Below, piece by piece: positions 53,613-63,976 of a DNA stretch of 64,000 bases. The position numbers were made by a program, and so were the translations under genes. Within the stretch, counting starts at the first letter, position 1; every line of letters begins with the position of its first letter. This stretch comes from a virus. The stretch lies in IMG/VR virus record IMGVR_UViG_3300021961_000020; one strand, given 5' to 3'. The notes under the pieces were generated by a model. That model was given only the letters and a program-made list of their open reading frames with translations. It was not told where the DNA came from and ran no database searches.

Positions 53613-54543
53613 TCACTTCGTTCACATTAGGTAGGTAATGGTTTTGCAGGACATTAGTCCAATCAAACTCTTTAGCATACTCTAGGATCTCTTCCCGATG
53701 GGAGACTGAATACTCCCTGTTCTTGATTATAGCATACTCAACATATTCCACATCATCAATCTTTGATTCTGGAATAACTGTAATAAACTCACGATCAAGA
53801 TCCAGGTTTGCTGTAGCAAACTCACTGACCACAACACCGAGACCAGAAGCAAATGCTTCCATGATAACCAGAGAGTGTGCCTCACCATCAGACAGGAGCA
53901 CAAGGTTACCATAGTCAGTCAGATAGTCATGGAGATATTCTTTCTTCCATTCACCGAGATAGTTTTTGTTAGCATTGAACCTCTTGTCAGCAATGTTACC
54001 AGCAAAGAACAGACTGTCGATGGACTGGAACTTATGCTGACGCTTACGGTAGTCAATCTTGGCAAGGTAGATACTACGGTCAGGGAACTCTGGTTCATCC
54101 GTGGTGCGGAAGAGATCTAGGTTTACACCATTAGGAACGATAGCAAGTTTCTCTTCTGGGATATCACCAAAGAATTGATACGCTTTCTTGATGCCTTCGG
54201 AGAGGCAGAAGACATTCGGTTTAGTCCGTTGGAAGTGACCGAAGATCTGCCCATACCCATTCATCTTGTCTGGGCGTTCGATGTAGGCAAAGTGGGTGGT
54301 ACACGCACAAGGATATTGCACATAAGGATAGAGAACAACCCAGTCGTCATAATGAATATGCACGAAATCAGGGCGAAACGCATTGATTCTCTTGATGATC
54401 TCTCTAGGATCTGAGACATTGATGATGTCAACTTCATGACCTAACTTCTCCAAGGTAAGTTTGTAGTCCCAGATAAGACTCTCTACTGCTCCCCAACCTA
54501 CGGGAGGGATAGGAGTGGCGGGACCAACGATAGAGAATCTCAT
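53590..54543 (-). CDS. Glycosyltransferase (GT4/GT-B)
   Basis: IPP.GWGAVE, VPNGV, E...LVIMEA.A.GL.VV.S. Confidence 0.85.
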   Translation of the reverse strand: MRFSIVGPATPIPPVGWGAVESLIWDYKLTLEKLGHEVDIINVSDPREIIKRINAFRPDFVHIHYDDWVVLYPYVQYPCACTTHFAYIERPDKMNGYGQIFGHFQRTKPNVFCLSEGIKKAYQFFGDIPEEKLAIVPNGVNLDLFRTTDEPEFPDRSIYLAKIDYRKRQHKFQSIDSLFFAGNIADKRFNANKNYLGEWKKEYLHDYLTDYGNLVLLSDGEAHSLVIMEAFASGLGVVVSEFATANLDLDREFITVIPESKIDDVEYVEYAIIKNREYSVSHREEILEYAKEFDWTNVLQNHYLPNVNEVIAKHGQK

Positions 54544-55517
54544 AGTAACGACTGCAACTTCGGAATGTATTCATAAGCAAGAATGTTTTCAAGACCGAAT
54601 TCGTAAATGCCGTATTCTCTGATCTCTTTTCTATGCTGCTTAGATACTTTTTTATTGTTCTCGATTGTCTCAAGAACATATTCAAGGTTATTTATTTTGC
54701 TTTCTGGGATTACATCAATCCAAGGTTTAGAAGTGTCAAGTTCAGGAGCAACTGCTTCCGAACAAACAACACCAAGTCCACAAATCAATCCCTCTTTAAT
54801 AACAAGAGGAGTGGTATTCTCAACTTCACTCAAGAGAGCAATGTTTGAATAGCAAGTAATGTACTCATTGAGTTTTTCTCTAACGACTTCTCCCTTATAG
54901 TTCTTATTCCTCTTATCAAACTTACCACCAAACTCCATGCGACCCATAAAGTCAACGCTATCAATTTTCTCTAGGAGATACTGACGCTTACGGTCTACAA
55001 TCTGAGAGAAGCAAAGAGTTCTATCCCAACTAGCAAACTCATCAAACTTATAAGGTTCGGGGCGAACTCCTAGTTTACTCAACCAGACACGATTAGGATT
55101 AGCACCAAGACTAATCCAGGTATCAATATCTTTCTGAGATGAACAGAAAATATGATGCTTTCTATTAGCAGCAATTTTTTGAGCGATGGGTCCATAACCA
55201 TCTCTACCCCACATATGTGGAGTATTAACATATGGATAATGACTAGAGACGATCAGTGCTCCGCATAAAGGAGCCAGGTCATCAATGATGTCATGGAAAA
55301 CATCATAATGAAGGTGAACAATGTCATACTTTCCGTGAGCAACTTCAAATTTGATTAGTTCCCTGTCGGGAGTGTTAATGATTTCAACACGATGACCCAA
55401 GTCTCTAAGGATCATGGTGTAATCCCAGATAAGCATCTCTACAGCACCCCACCCATCAGGCGGAATCTGCATAATGCCAGGACCAATCAAAGCAATTTTC
55501 ATCTGTAAGTCTCCCAA
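54540..55517 (-). CDS. Glycosyltransferase (GT4/GT-B), paralog of the adjacent gene
   Basis: IPP.GWGAVE.LIWDY, E..PLVIKEGL..GL.VV.SE. Confidence 0.85.
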   Translation of the reverse strand: MGDLQMKIALIGPGIMQIPPDGWGAVEMLIWDYTMILRDLGHRVEIINTPDRELIKFEVAHGKYDIVHLHYDVFHDIIDDLAPLCGALIVSSHYPYVNTPHMWGRDGYGPIAQKIAANRKHHIFCSSQKDIDTWISLGANPNRVWLSKLGVRPEPYKFDEFASWDRTLCFSQIVDRKRQYLLEKIDSVDFMGRMEFGGKFDKRNKNYKGEVVREKLNEYITCYSNIALLSEVENTTPLVIKEGLICGLGVVCSEAVAPELDTSKPWIDVIPESKINNLEYVLETIENNKKVSKQHRKEIREYGIYEFGLENILAYEYIPKLQSLL

Positions 55518-56338
55518 TACATCGTCTCTTTAATTTGATTAACAAATCCAGGGCTATGTGCAATAAGTGATGGAATGTTTTGGTATGCTGCATGGAAGGC
55601 AAACACTTTTTCGTATTCATCTTCCTGAGGATTCTTACCATACCAAATACCATCAACAAGTTTCATGTCTTGTTGAGTTGCCGCAGCACAATGATTGAAT
55701 GCACCGTTAGTAAATTTATATCCGCCAACTTCGTTCATGGCAAGACAGAGAACAAGCTCGTCTGTGACACCATCATGCAATCCACCATCACCAAAGATGT
55801 CATTAAAGATTTCCATGTAACGAGTAAACAAATTATCATGCTTACCCTTCTGAAAAAGGAATGCTCCCGACGCAGCATAGTCATAGGTACTAAGATCCTC
55901 TGGAAAATATTTTCCAAGTCCAGTCTTATCTACTTGAACTTTACGGATATAATCTTCTAGGGTAGGCACCCACCAGTGACGGGCAATCAAGAAATCATCT
56001 TGTGCCTCTTCAATCAATTGATCAACACGATCATTGACAACTACACAATCGGTATCAAGATAGATGCAGTAGTCAGTTTCTACATGCTTGAAGACATTAT
56101 AACGCTCCGCCCAAATGTGTGGTTGAAACCAGTTACGATCATCCTCATTACGAATAGCATCAGCATTTGCCTTGACAATCTTTACTTTAGGATCATCGAT
56201 ATCCAACCGATCATCCATATCAAGGATAACAATTTCATGATCTTGTTCGATCCTCTCAAGGGATTCACAAGCCCTCATCAAATTCTTATAGTAACTATCA
56301 TCGCCACCAACGATGAATCCAAAACTCAGTTTAGTCAT
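55499..56338 (-). CDS. GT-A glycosyltransferase (GT8-like)
   Basis: YLDTD DxD motif, SGAFLF, DE, H. Confidence 0.6.
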   Translation of the reverse strand: MTKLSFGFIVGGDDSYYKNLMRACESLERIEQDHEIVILDMDDRLDIDDPKVKIVKANADAIRNEDDRNWFQPHIWAERYNVFKHVETDYCIYLDTDCVVVNDRVDQLIEEAQDDFLIARHWWVPTLEDYIRKVQVDKTGLGKYFPEDLSTYDYAASGAFLFQKGKHDNLFTRYMEIFNDIFGDGGLHDGVTDELVLCLAMNEVGGYKFTNGAFNHCAAATQQDMKLVDGIWYGKNPQEDEYEKVFAFHAAYQNIPSLIAHSPGFVNQIKETMYWETYR

Positions 56339-57258
56339 AGTAATTTAAGAAGTCCGTTGATACGATTGACATAAGTATGATGCTCTCTAGTATGACGCAT
56401 CTGTCTAAGAATGAGTTCTTTGTCGTCTTTATTACGAAGACCTTCTTCAAACAACTCTAAAATATTCTCCCTACAAATAACATCAGGACCAGCAAACTCT
56501 GCTAGTTTGGGGGAGTTTGTAAGTCCAAGATTACCATAACTCATAGTCTTGAATACTCTACAAGTTTTAGTTCCCCACAATTTATGAGTTTCATTTCTAA
56601 GGTCGGGAGAAAGAAAAGATTTCTGCATCAATCCTCTCATGACTTCACCATCAATAGGGTTAGTCCAAGGGTTAGACCATACAGTATCCACACCAATTTT
56701 AGCACATAACTGAGCAAACTCTTTAATAAGATGTGCGTTCATAAATCTACCATCGGGAGAAATACTACCGATAAAATAGAAAGTATTCTCTCTCTGGATG
56801 TTTACCCAGTCTTCATTAAATTCTTCTGGAAGAATATCAGTTGCCCACGCTAAGTAAGAGATATCATATCCTTTTTCCTTTGACATGGCACGATCAACAC
56901 ATACGCCAGTGTCCAGTTCTTCAAACTGGGTGACATCGTGATCGAATTCATAGTTATCATTATCCATCTTATCTTGATGGTAACGCATGTCAATCAGTTT
57001 CTTGACATTGCCAAGATACTTCTCAGGATTCACACATACATGCACATAATATGTGCTGTTCTTCCTCAAAGGAATATTTTTATCAGCATACCCTTCTGTA
57101 AAGAACACGCAGTCATCATAATCAAAGTCTTCAGGATACTCATTGTCATGGAACCAAAAGACTTCGTGACCTGCTCTCTCTAATGCTTTTTGAAATCCTT
57201 CATGCACATATGAATATGTGTCAGAGTGAAGAGGATATCCCCAGAGAACACAACGCAT
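56335..57258 (-). CDS. GT-B glycosyltransferase (CgeB-like)
   Basis: H.G...ALE..GHEV.W, CRVFK.MSYG...LTN, HTYVNR. Confidence 0.7.
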   Translation of the reverse strand: MRCVLWGYPLHSDTYSYVHEGFQKALERAGHEVFWFHDNEYPEDFDYDDCVFFTEGYADKNIPLRKNSTYYVHVCVNPEKYLGNVKKLIDMRYHQDKMDNDNYEFDHDVTQFEELDTGVCVDRAMSKEKGYDISYLAWATDILPEEFNEDWVNIQRENTFYFIGSISPDGRFMNAHLIKEFAQLCAKIGVDTVWSNPWTNPIDGEVMRGLMQKSFLSPDLRNETHKLWGTKTCRVFKTMSYGNLGLTNSPKLAEFAGPDVICRENILELFEEGLRNKDDKELILRQMRHTREHHTYVNRINGLLKLL

Positions 57259-57959
57259 CAGACTCTCCCCAGCATGTAATCTTCTGCTTTCTTAGTTTCT
57301 CCAGTCACACACTTCATAGCATCGATAGTATGAGAAGGGACAAGATCAGGATGAGCCCACCAATCTTCGAAAGGATGCTGATCGTCAACGGAAATATTGT
57401 CAGCAATAAGAACATAACCGAATGACTCAAGATACTCACGAGAAGCATCACGGACTTCAGGACCATCGTTGTAAGAGTCATGCTCGAAGGTGATGGTGGC
57501 GAACTTATACTTATTAAGATCGATACGCTTCAGTGCCTCAAAGGTAACAGAAGAAGGTTCACAATCTACCTGAAGGTAATCAAAGGTAGGACCAAGACCA
57601 ACTTCCTCAAACAGTTCATCGAAGTCAGCAGTAGTTGCATCACCTACAGCAACCTTTGCTCTACGATGTTTGTTATAAAGATCAGACTCATGTTCTTTAA
57701 TTTCAAATCCAATACCATCCCATTCAAAACGAGACTCAAGCAGAGCAGTATTGTTAGAAATAATAGGATGACCAGATCCAATCTCAACGAATGTTCCCCT
57801 CGGTCTTCCATCAGTCATACACAGGACAAACATATCCTGATAACACTGAGAAAAATTCTGATGACTTACCAGTTCAAGTCCAGGGAATTTATAACGGATT
57901 TCACTTGCTTTTTCAGCAGTGTAAAAGGTTGGCATTTGCCAGGCATTAGGGTCGCTCAT
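57258..57959 (-). CDS. FkbM-family SAM-dependent methyltransferase
   Basis: SQ..QD.FV, G.FVEIGSG....SNNT.LLE, DYLQVDCE, FEHD. Confidence 0.8.
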   Translation of the reverse strand: MSDPNAWQMPTFYTAEKASEIRYKFPGLELVSHQNFSQCYQDMFVLCMTDGRPRGTFVEIGSGHPIISNNTALLESRFEWDGIGFEIKEHESDLYNKHRRAKVAVGDATTADFDELFEEVGLGPTFDYLQVDCEPSSVTFEALKRIDLNKYKFATITFEHDSYNDGPEVRDASREYLESFGYVLIADNISVDDQHPFEDWWAHPDLVPSHTIDAMKCVTGETKKAEDYMLGRV

Positions 57960-58684
57960 ACTTGATAAGATGAATTATCTTTGGCTAGGTGAATAATTTT
58001 TTGCTCGTAAGGATAGTTTGGAAAACATTCGGGGAATGCATAGTCAGGAGGTAGAGCATTAACCTCATCCTGATTTTCAATAAAGAATCTATTCAAATGA
58101 CTCTCATCATGCCATAAGGCAATTATACCATTTTCATAGTCTTTGTCAACTCTATCTCTCAAGAGTTTCATCATAGGAATTACAGACTCAATCCTACCTC
58201 CCCATAGACATCCTTGATAGTAAGACTGTTGTTCTCCAGTCACACATGCTTCAGATTCAAGACGCCGCTCAAAGGTCCCAGTTCCAGTATTGTAATGGCA
58301 TGGATGATGGACAGCAATATAATCTTTGCCGAACTTGAAGAATTCTTCAGGAGAAATTTCCTGATTGACTTTCATATCAGCATCAAGGAATAACAACCAA
58401 TCGTGCTCCTCCAACTCTTCTTGTGCTAACAAGATCGTATGGAACCTCTCTAAGGTAATAGAGGGCCATTCTTTATGAGGAATTTTCAGGACTGTTATAT
58501 GGTCAGGTAATGCATCCCCTACAATTTCACCATCGGTAAAGATAAAGTATTGCTTACGAAGTTCGGGAAACAAATATTTTTCACAAGACTCATAGTATCC
58601 AGGAAAAAAATTAAGATACTTATTAGTACCAATAAAAATTATTGCAACTGTTGCATTTTTCATACCACTTCCCAACCTTCGCAA
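57956..58684 (-). CDS. Glycosyltransferase family 6 (ABO-type alpha-1,3-Gal/GalNAc transferase)
   Basis: IG.NKY..F, YFIFTD, W....L.RF, FLDADM, YYQG..WGG, WHDESHLN. Confidence 0.88.
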   Translation of the reverse strand: MRRLGSGMKNATVAIIFIGTNKYLNFFPGYYESCEKYLFPELRKQYFIFTDGEIVGDALPDHITVLKIPHKEWPSITLERFHTILLAQEELEEHDWLLFLDADMKVNQEISPEEFFKFGKDYIAVHHPCHYNTGTGTFERRLESEACVTGEQQSYYQGCLWGGRIESVIPMMKLLRDRVDKDYENGIIALWHDESHLNRFFIENQDEVNALPPDYAFPECFPNYPYEQKIIHLAKDNSSYQV

Positions 58685-59469
58685 TACAGATCTTTAGTGT
58701 CATTGATTTGATTCAGAGGAGGACCAAACCATTTAGATGGTGCGACTACTCTCTTGTTCGGATTAGTGCAGAGCCATGCTCCCCACCAACTAAAAGAACT
58801 ATTAGCAATAATAAAATCACTGCAGAGAGACATCATACAAAGATCAAGATACTGATCATTTGTTTCGGAAACTAAGAACCTGTCGTTATCGAACATTTCT
58901 TCTTGGAGGCACCACTCTGGATCATCAGAGAAAATAATCACTTCACGATTAGAGTCGAACCTTGCCAACGCTTCCTTATAGTAATTTATATCACAAATAG
59001 GATGGTGAGAATAATTGGCGTAGTCAGTACGACGAACATGTAATGCAATGGGATTAGTGACATCCGTAATCATCTTCTTACATGGTTCCAGATACTCATC
59101 CTTGAATTTAAAGTCAAGGAGAAGATCTTCTCTAATGTGCTTGAAGTATTTTTCTGACTGGAAGAAACCAAATATACTTACAAAGTCTGGACAATTGTTA
59201 AAGAGATTCTCATCAAACTCAAAAGACTCTTCCCTGACAATGGGACGATCTTGATCAATAGACTGAACCTGAAGAGCACTTAAACTTGAAAGTTCAAAGG
59301 GAACAAACAGTTGATGCTCATTCCATTCATCTGCTTTGTTCTTATAATTTGATGGGGGAACACAGTAGTTGAACCCCCGATTAGCAGCGATACCCTTTAC
59401 AGCAGCATACTGAAACATTTGATTGGCAAGACGCTCTTTCATCTTGCCGACATAGTTAATACCAATCAT
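58660..59469 (-). CDS. Glycosyltransferase family 11 (alpha-1,2-fucosyltransferase)
   Basis: RLANQMFQYA, G.FQSEKYF, LHVRRTDY, FSDD..WC, D..MMS.C...IIANSSFSWWGA. Confidence 0.92.
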   Translation of the reverse strand: MIGINYVGKMKERLANQMFQYAAVKGIAANRGFNYCVPPSNYKNKADEWNEHQLFVPFELSSLSALQVQSIDQDRPIVREESFEFDENLFNNCPDFVSIFGFFQSEKYFKHIREDLLLDFKFKDEYLEPCKKMITDVTNPIALHVRRTDYANYSHHPICDINYYKEALARFDSNREVIIFSDDPEWCLQEEMFDNDRFLVSETNDQYLDLCMMSLCSDFIIANSSFSWWGAWLCTNPNKRVVAPSKWFGPPLNQINDTKDLYCEGWEVV

Positions 59470-60419
59470 CTCGTTTGAATATCAGTGTTTTCAATAAACC
59501 ACTTATAGGTTTCGCGTAGACCATCTTGAAGATTGTACTTTGGTTTCCAACCTTTATCTAAAAGTTTGGAGTAATCAAGAGGACGCTTGGGAGTGCCATC
59601 AGGTTTAGAAGTATCCCACTCAATTTTCCCTGTGTACCCAGTTACATTAGCGACCATGTTAGCAAGTTCTGCAATGGTCACATCTTCACCAGATCCAACA
59701 TTCAACAACTCTGCAGACTCGTAGTTCTCCATAGCGAAGAGACATGCGTCTGCAAGGTCATCAACATAGAGAAACTCACGACGAGGGGTGCCTGTGCCCC
59801 AGCAGGTCACTGGAGCGTCTCCTACGGTCCAGTTGTTGAACTTCTGGAGCATAGCAGGGATCACATGCCCGTTCATGGGGTGGAAGTTATCGTTAGGACC
59901 ATACAGATTGGCAGGCATCAGGGAGACACCCTTGAACCCGTACTGCTTGTAGTAAGACCTCAGCATGTAGATGCCATGGATCTTAGCAAGAGCATACGCA
60001 TCGTTGGTAGGCTCCAGTTCTCCAGACATCAGAGACTCTTCCTTTACAGGAGTCGGTGCAAACTTAGGGTAGATACATACGCTTCCAAGGAAAAGAAACT
60101 TTTGTACACCATGCTTCCAGGCATAGTGAATAAGGTTGGTTTGGATCTGAGTGTTCTGGTAGATAAACTCTGCCGAGTAAGTATCATTGGCATGGATACC
60201 ACCGACACGAGCAGCAGCATCAAACACATAGTCGATACCTTCAGACCTGAAGAACTTTTCGACAGCAAACTGATCCATAAGATCAAGCTCCTGCCGAGTT
60301 CTAGTAATGATGTTCTCATAACCTTCTTCTTGAAGACGGCGAACAATGGCAGATCCAACTAAACCACGATGACCAGCGACAAAAATTCTTGCGTGTTTCT
60401 GCATTGTTCTCAGTTTCAT
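59466..60419 (-). CDS. fcl: GDP-L-fucose synthase
   Basis: AGHRGLVGSA, AA.VGGI.AN, LGS.CIYPK, LEPTNDAYALAK, P.NLYGP.DNF. Confidence 0.95.
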   Translation of the reverse strand: MKLRTMQKHARIFVAGHRGLVGSAIVRRLQEEGYENIITRTRQELDLMDQFAVEKFFRSEGIDYVFDAAARVGGIHANDTYSAEFIYQNTQIQTNLIHYAWKHGVQKFLFLGSVCIYPKFAPTPVKEESLMSGELEPTNDAYALAKIHGIYMLRSYYKQYGFKGVSLMPANLYGPNDNFHPMNGHVIPAMLQKFNNWTVGDAPVTCWGTGTPRREFLYVDDLADACLFAMENYESAELLNVGSGEDVTIAELANMVANVTGYTGKIEWDTSKPDGTPKRPLDYSKLLDKGWKPKYNLQDGLRETYKWFIENTDIQTR

Positions 60420-61666
60420 GGAATAATTACGACTTCAGGTTCGGGAAGTGGGAATAAGAACCGACGACCTTTAAACTTTTCATTCTTCAGGAAGAAATCT
60501 CTAAAGTGCCAGGGAAGAACAATATGAAGATCATATTCTTTTTCCAGCACACTCTCTTCGCTAGTAATAGGAATCCAAGTTCCAGGTGTAAAGGATCCGT
60601 CTTTGTCAGGATTAACATCACCAACAGCGGCAACATCTTTAGGACCAATCTCCCAGGTTTGCAGCGTTACATTTCCTTTAGTGCTGGCACCAAGGGCACA
60701 GATCTTAGAACCATTACGACGATAGAAGTCCATGATTTCCCAGAACTGTTTCTTACAGGCATTAATACGCTCTGCAAAAGCTTCCCAAGGTTCAACGGTA
60801 TCCAGTTTGTCTTCCAACTCTGAGGCAATAAGAGCAGTAAGTTTTACTGTACATTCCTTACGCTCACTGTTGGTAGAAGGAGTTACTACTACAGAGATAC
60901 TACCACCATTAACATCATTGAATTCAAAATCAACAATCTTGAATCCAGACTTATCCATGATGTACTTGAGTTGTCTCATACCATAGTAGGAGAGATGCTC
61001 ATGACATACTGTGTCAAACGAATTGACCCGCAGCATCGTTGGCATATAACTTTGCTCAAGCACCCAGATTCCGCGAGGATCAAGGATGTCATGGACCTGG
61101 CGGGCAAACTCGCAGGGATCTTCAAGGTCATAGAACATCGAGAACGATGTAACTACCTTTGCTTTCTGCTTACCGAACCGCTCACGATAAACATCGGAAG
61201 AGAAGAAGTCGGCAATATAATTTACATTCTCAGGAATGTAATCTCTAAACTTTTTCGAGGTGGGATCAATGCTCATGAGTTGCAGATCATGGGGGAAGAA
61301 CCCCAAGAAGGTGCCATCATTACCTGCAATATCAATTACGATATCGCCAGAGTTAAACTTGACATCACGCATAATCTTCTCTGCCTTTCCACGCAGGTGA
61401 CGAACCATGCTACCGTTCAGACCAGAACGATAACCATACTCTTCACCATACATGGTAGGAAGATCAAAGGTATGTTCTAGTTGAACATGACCACATCCAC
61501 CTTTAGACTCGTCACACTTGACGAGAGTGAGAGGACCTTTGTACATGTCCTCATCGATCTCTTTGGGAAAAATGCCAGAAAGATATTGATCACCAAGATC
61601 CAAGACTGTGATCAGGTGTTCATTACCACATACTCTGCACTTTTCAATTCTGTGAAATTTACTCAT
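60416..61666 (-). CDS. NDP-sugar C-methyltransferase
   Basis: CRVCG....[48 protein letters not shown]. Confidence 0.85.
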   Translation of the reverse strand: MSKFHRIEKCRVCGNEHLITVLDLGDQYLSGIFPKEIDEDMYKGPLTLVKCDESKGGCGHVQLEHTFDLPTMYGEEYGYRSGLNGSMVRHLRGKAEKIMRDVKFNSGDIVIDIAGNDGTFLGFFPHDLQLMSIDPTSKKFRDYIPENVNYIADFFSSDVYRERFGKQKAKVVTSFSMFYDLEDPCEFARQVHDILDPRGIWVLEQSYMPTMLRVNSFDTVCHEHLSYYGMRQLKYIMDKSGFKIVDFEFNDVNGGSISVVVTPSTNSERKECTVKLTALIASELEDKLDTVEPWEAFAERINACKKQFWEIMDFYRRNGSKICALGASTKGNVTLQTWEIGPKDVAAVGDVNPDKDGSFTPGTWIPITSEESVLEKEYDLHIVLPWHFRDFFLKNEKFKGRRFLFPLPEPEVVIIP

Positions 61667-62655
61667 TGTCCGTTAATACACATGTCTTCTACAAGATCTT
61701 GGAAACTATATTCTGGTTCCCATCCTAGCACAGTTTTTGCTTTTGTTGCATCCCCAAGTAGTTGCTCTACTTCTGTTGGGCGGTAGTATTTAGGGTCTAC
61801 GCGAACGATCACTCTGTTGAGATTCTTACAGAATCCAACTTCATCAAGACCCTCTCCACGCCACTCAATATTGAATCCAAAGTAAGATGCAGATTCGTTA
61901 ACAAACTCACGAACACTACGCATCTCACCTGTAGCAAGAACAAAATCATCAGGAGTTTCGTGCTGAACAATCATCCACATACCACGAACATAATCTAATG
62001 CATGTCCCCAATCACGCTGAGCATCCAGATTGCCTAGTTCTAGGACATCTTGGAGTCCACTAGAGATGCGTGAGAGTCCTCTCGTGATCTTACGGGTAAC
62101 GAAGGTTTCACCTCTCCGTGGGGACTCATGATTGAAAAGTATGCCATTGCTAGCATGGATACCATACGCTTCACGATAGTTCTTAACAATCCAATATGCA
62201 TACATCTTTGCTACACCATATGGTGAGCGAGGATAGAAAGGAGTGGTCTCTTTCTGAGGGACCTCTTGAACAAGTCCATACAGTTCGCTTGTGGATGCCT
62301 GATAGAACTTACAAGGATGTTCCAATAAACGAATAGCCTCTAGGAGACGCAGGGTTCCTAGAGCATCAACTTCTCCCGTATACTCAGGCATATCAAAAGA
62401 CACCTTTACATGACTCATGGCAGCAAGGTTATACACCTCAGTAGGTTTGATCTTTTGAATCAAACTCATGAGGTTACCTGCATCAGTCATGTCTCCATAA
62501 TGTTTATGGATTTTATTATAGATGTGATCAATACGATGCGTATTAATTAAAGAAGAACGGCGTACAATGCCGTGAACTTCATACCCCTTTTGGAGAAGAA
62601 ATTCGGCAAGGTACGAACCGTCCTGTCCTGTTATTCCTGTAATTAATGCTCTCAT
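61663..62655 (-). CDS. gmd: GDP-mannose 4,6-dehydratase
   Basis: [46 protein letters not shown]. Confidence 0.97.
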   Translation of the reverse strand: MRALITGITGQDGSYLAEFLLQKGYEVHGIVRRSSLINTHRIDHIYNKIHKHYGDMTDAGNLMSLIQKIKPTEVYNLAAMSHVKVSFDMPEYTGEVDALGTLRLLEAIRLLEHPCKFYQASTSELYGLVQEVPQKETTPFYPRSPYGVAKMYAYWIVKNYREAYGIHASNGILFNHESPRRGETFVTRKITRGLSRISSGLQDVLELGNLDAQRDWGHALDYVRGMWMIVQHETPDDFVLATGEMRSVREFVNESASYFGFNIEWRGEGLDEVGFCKNLNRVIVRVDPKYYRPTEVEQLLGDATKAKTVLGWEPEYSFQDLVEDMCINGQ

Positions 62656-62838
62656 TTAAACGATTTTGATATGATCTTCAGACATCAAATCTGCTGAAGA
62701 CTTGTCTGCAATATTACGAAGACCCAAATAGTGACGCCAAAGTTCTGACAGCGTATTGGTCTCTTCGTCGTTATTTAGTGCAGCGATCAAAGCGTCTTTG
62801 ACTGCATCAGCAGCGTTTTGATAATCAGTGTAAGTCAT
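62656..62838 (-). CDS. Small hypothetical protein
   Basis: Packed 60-aa ORF. Confidence 0.55.
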   Translation of the reverse strand: MTYTDYQNAADAVKDALIAALNNDEETNTLSELWRHYLGLRNIADKSSADLMSEDHIKIV

Positions 62839-62840
62839 AA

Positions 62841-63107
62841 TTAATCGTACTTGCGATAGGCACCCACTTCGGGGTCAGGGTCTAACCATTTGGTGTATTC
62901 TTTGTCTTCGATAGCAAGATGAAGTTGCATCTCATTATCGCAAAGATACATGTCATTGTAACGCTTGGTCCATTCGTGATACTTTTGAATGCGGCAATCA
63001 GGTTTACCGTTGATTTCTAAAGTACCACAGGTTACATAACGGTAAGGATACCGCTCAAGAATCACATTCGGTTTCATCGATAACACCTTCTTCAAGGAGA
63101 TCAGCAT
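62841..63107 (-). CDS. Conserved cyanophage hypothetical protein
   Basis: ERYPYRYV..G.LE.NG.PD.RIQK. Confidence 0.7.
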   Translation of the reverse strand: MLISLKKVLSMKPNVILERYPYRYVTCGTLEINGKPDCRIQKYHEWTKRYNDMYLCDNEMQLHLAIEDKEYTKWLDPDPEVGAYRKYD

Positions 63108-63291
63108 AGAGACAGTCTAGCAGAATCTCGTAATCATCACAAGGATCGTTCATGAATTGAACGCCTTTTTCTTCGTAGTATTTGGTTACCTTACGGAAGA
63201 CCTTAGGATACTGATGGTCAAGAGCAACTTGCCCCTCAACAGTGCCACGAAGGATGTTGATATGCTTTTTGAACTTAGTGGTGACAGACAT
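63055..63291 (-). CDS. Conserved cyanophage hypothetical protein
   Basis: LD.QYPK..KV.KYY...GV.F..DP.DDYEIL. Confidence 0.7.
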   Translation of the reverse strand: MSVTTKFKKHINILRGTVEGQVALDHQYPKVFRKVTKYYEEKGVQFMNDPCDDYEILLDCLYADLLEEGVIDETECDS

Positions 63292-63508
63292 CGTTCTGTT
63301 TGTTTACCTTGTTATTATACTCCACCTGATCGCTTTTGGGAAGTTCAGGTGGACGGTCGTTCCAGTGTCTGATGGCATTGGCGACGATCGCAATATTAGT
63401 TATGAAATAAGAGATAAAAATAAGGGTGCGGATAACCGCAACCCTATCAGACTCTTTATTATCTCCTGTTGCTTTCTCTCCTAAAGCTTTACACCAAAGT
63501 CTCCACAT
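63275..63508 (-). CDS. Conserved small membrane protein
   Basis: WRLWCKALGEKA...ESD.VA.IRT..F..Y..TN..IVA..IRHW. Confidence 0.7.
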   Translation of the reverse strand: MWRLWCKALGEKATGDNKESDRVAVIRTLIFISYFITNIAIVANAIRHWNDRPPELPKSDQVEYNNKVNKQNDVCHH

Positions 63509-63731
63509 TAGATTTTTTAGATGATGCCAACGAGTTGCGAGGAACCTTGGACTTGAATTCGTCTTTCAAATTATACTGTATTTCGTAGTTCTCAGTCAAG
63601 ACATAATAACCAGTGAGATCTTTACCATTGTCAGTCCACCCATAAGAGATAACCCGTTCGTTTACATCACGAAGATCAATCTTTTTATCGGTATTGAGAT
63701 AGTGATTAAAACGCTGGTGAAGGTTGATCAT
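63489..63731 (-). CDS. Hypothetical protein
   Basis: Packed 80-aa ORF. Confidence 0.55.
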   Translation of the reverse strand: MINLHQRFNHYLNTDKKIDLRDVNERVISYGWTDNGKDLTGYYVLTENYEIQYNLKDEFKSKVPRNSLASSKKSNVETLV

Positions 63732-63976
63732 CGTGTTTCGAAGTTGAGTTTACGAACTTTGCGCTTGCGTCTGTTCTCTTGGTATTCTAAGTCGCCCTTG
63801 GACAAAACGCTAGAACTCTTAAGACTGTTTTCAGAATTGACCAATACGACTTTACTTAAGTCAGCAGCAGAAACTTTATCCCCGATTACTGTGGTCATGT
63901 TCTCGCATCCACAGCACTGAGTTTTGTTCGAGCTGATCAATTCTAGATTGCACATTTTGCATCTGACAGATAACAT
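63728..63976 (-). CDS. Small Cys-motif (zinc-ribbon-like) protein
   Basis: CKMC...CCGC.N. Confidence 0.65.
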   Translation of the reverse strand: MLSVRCKMCNLELISSNKTQCCGCENMTTVIGDKVSAADLSKVVLVNSENSLKSSSVLSKGDLEYQENRRKRKVRKLNFETR

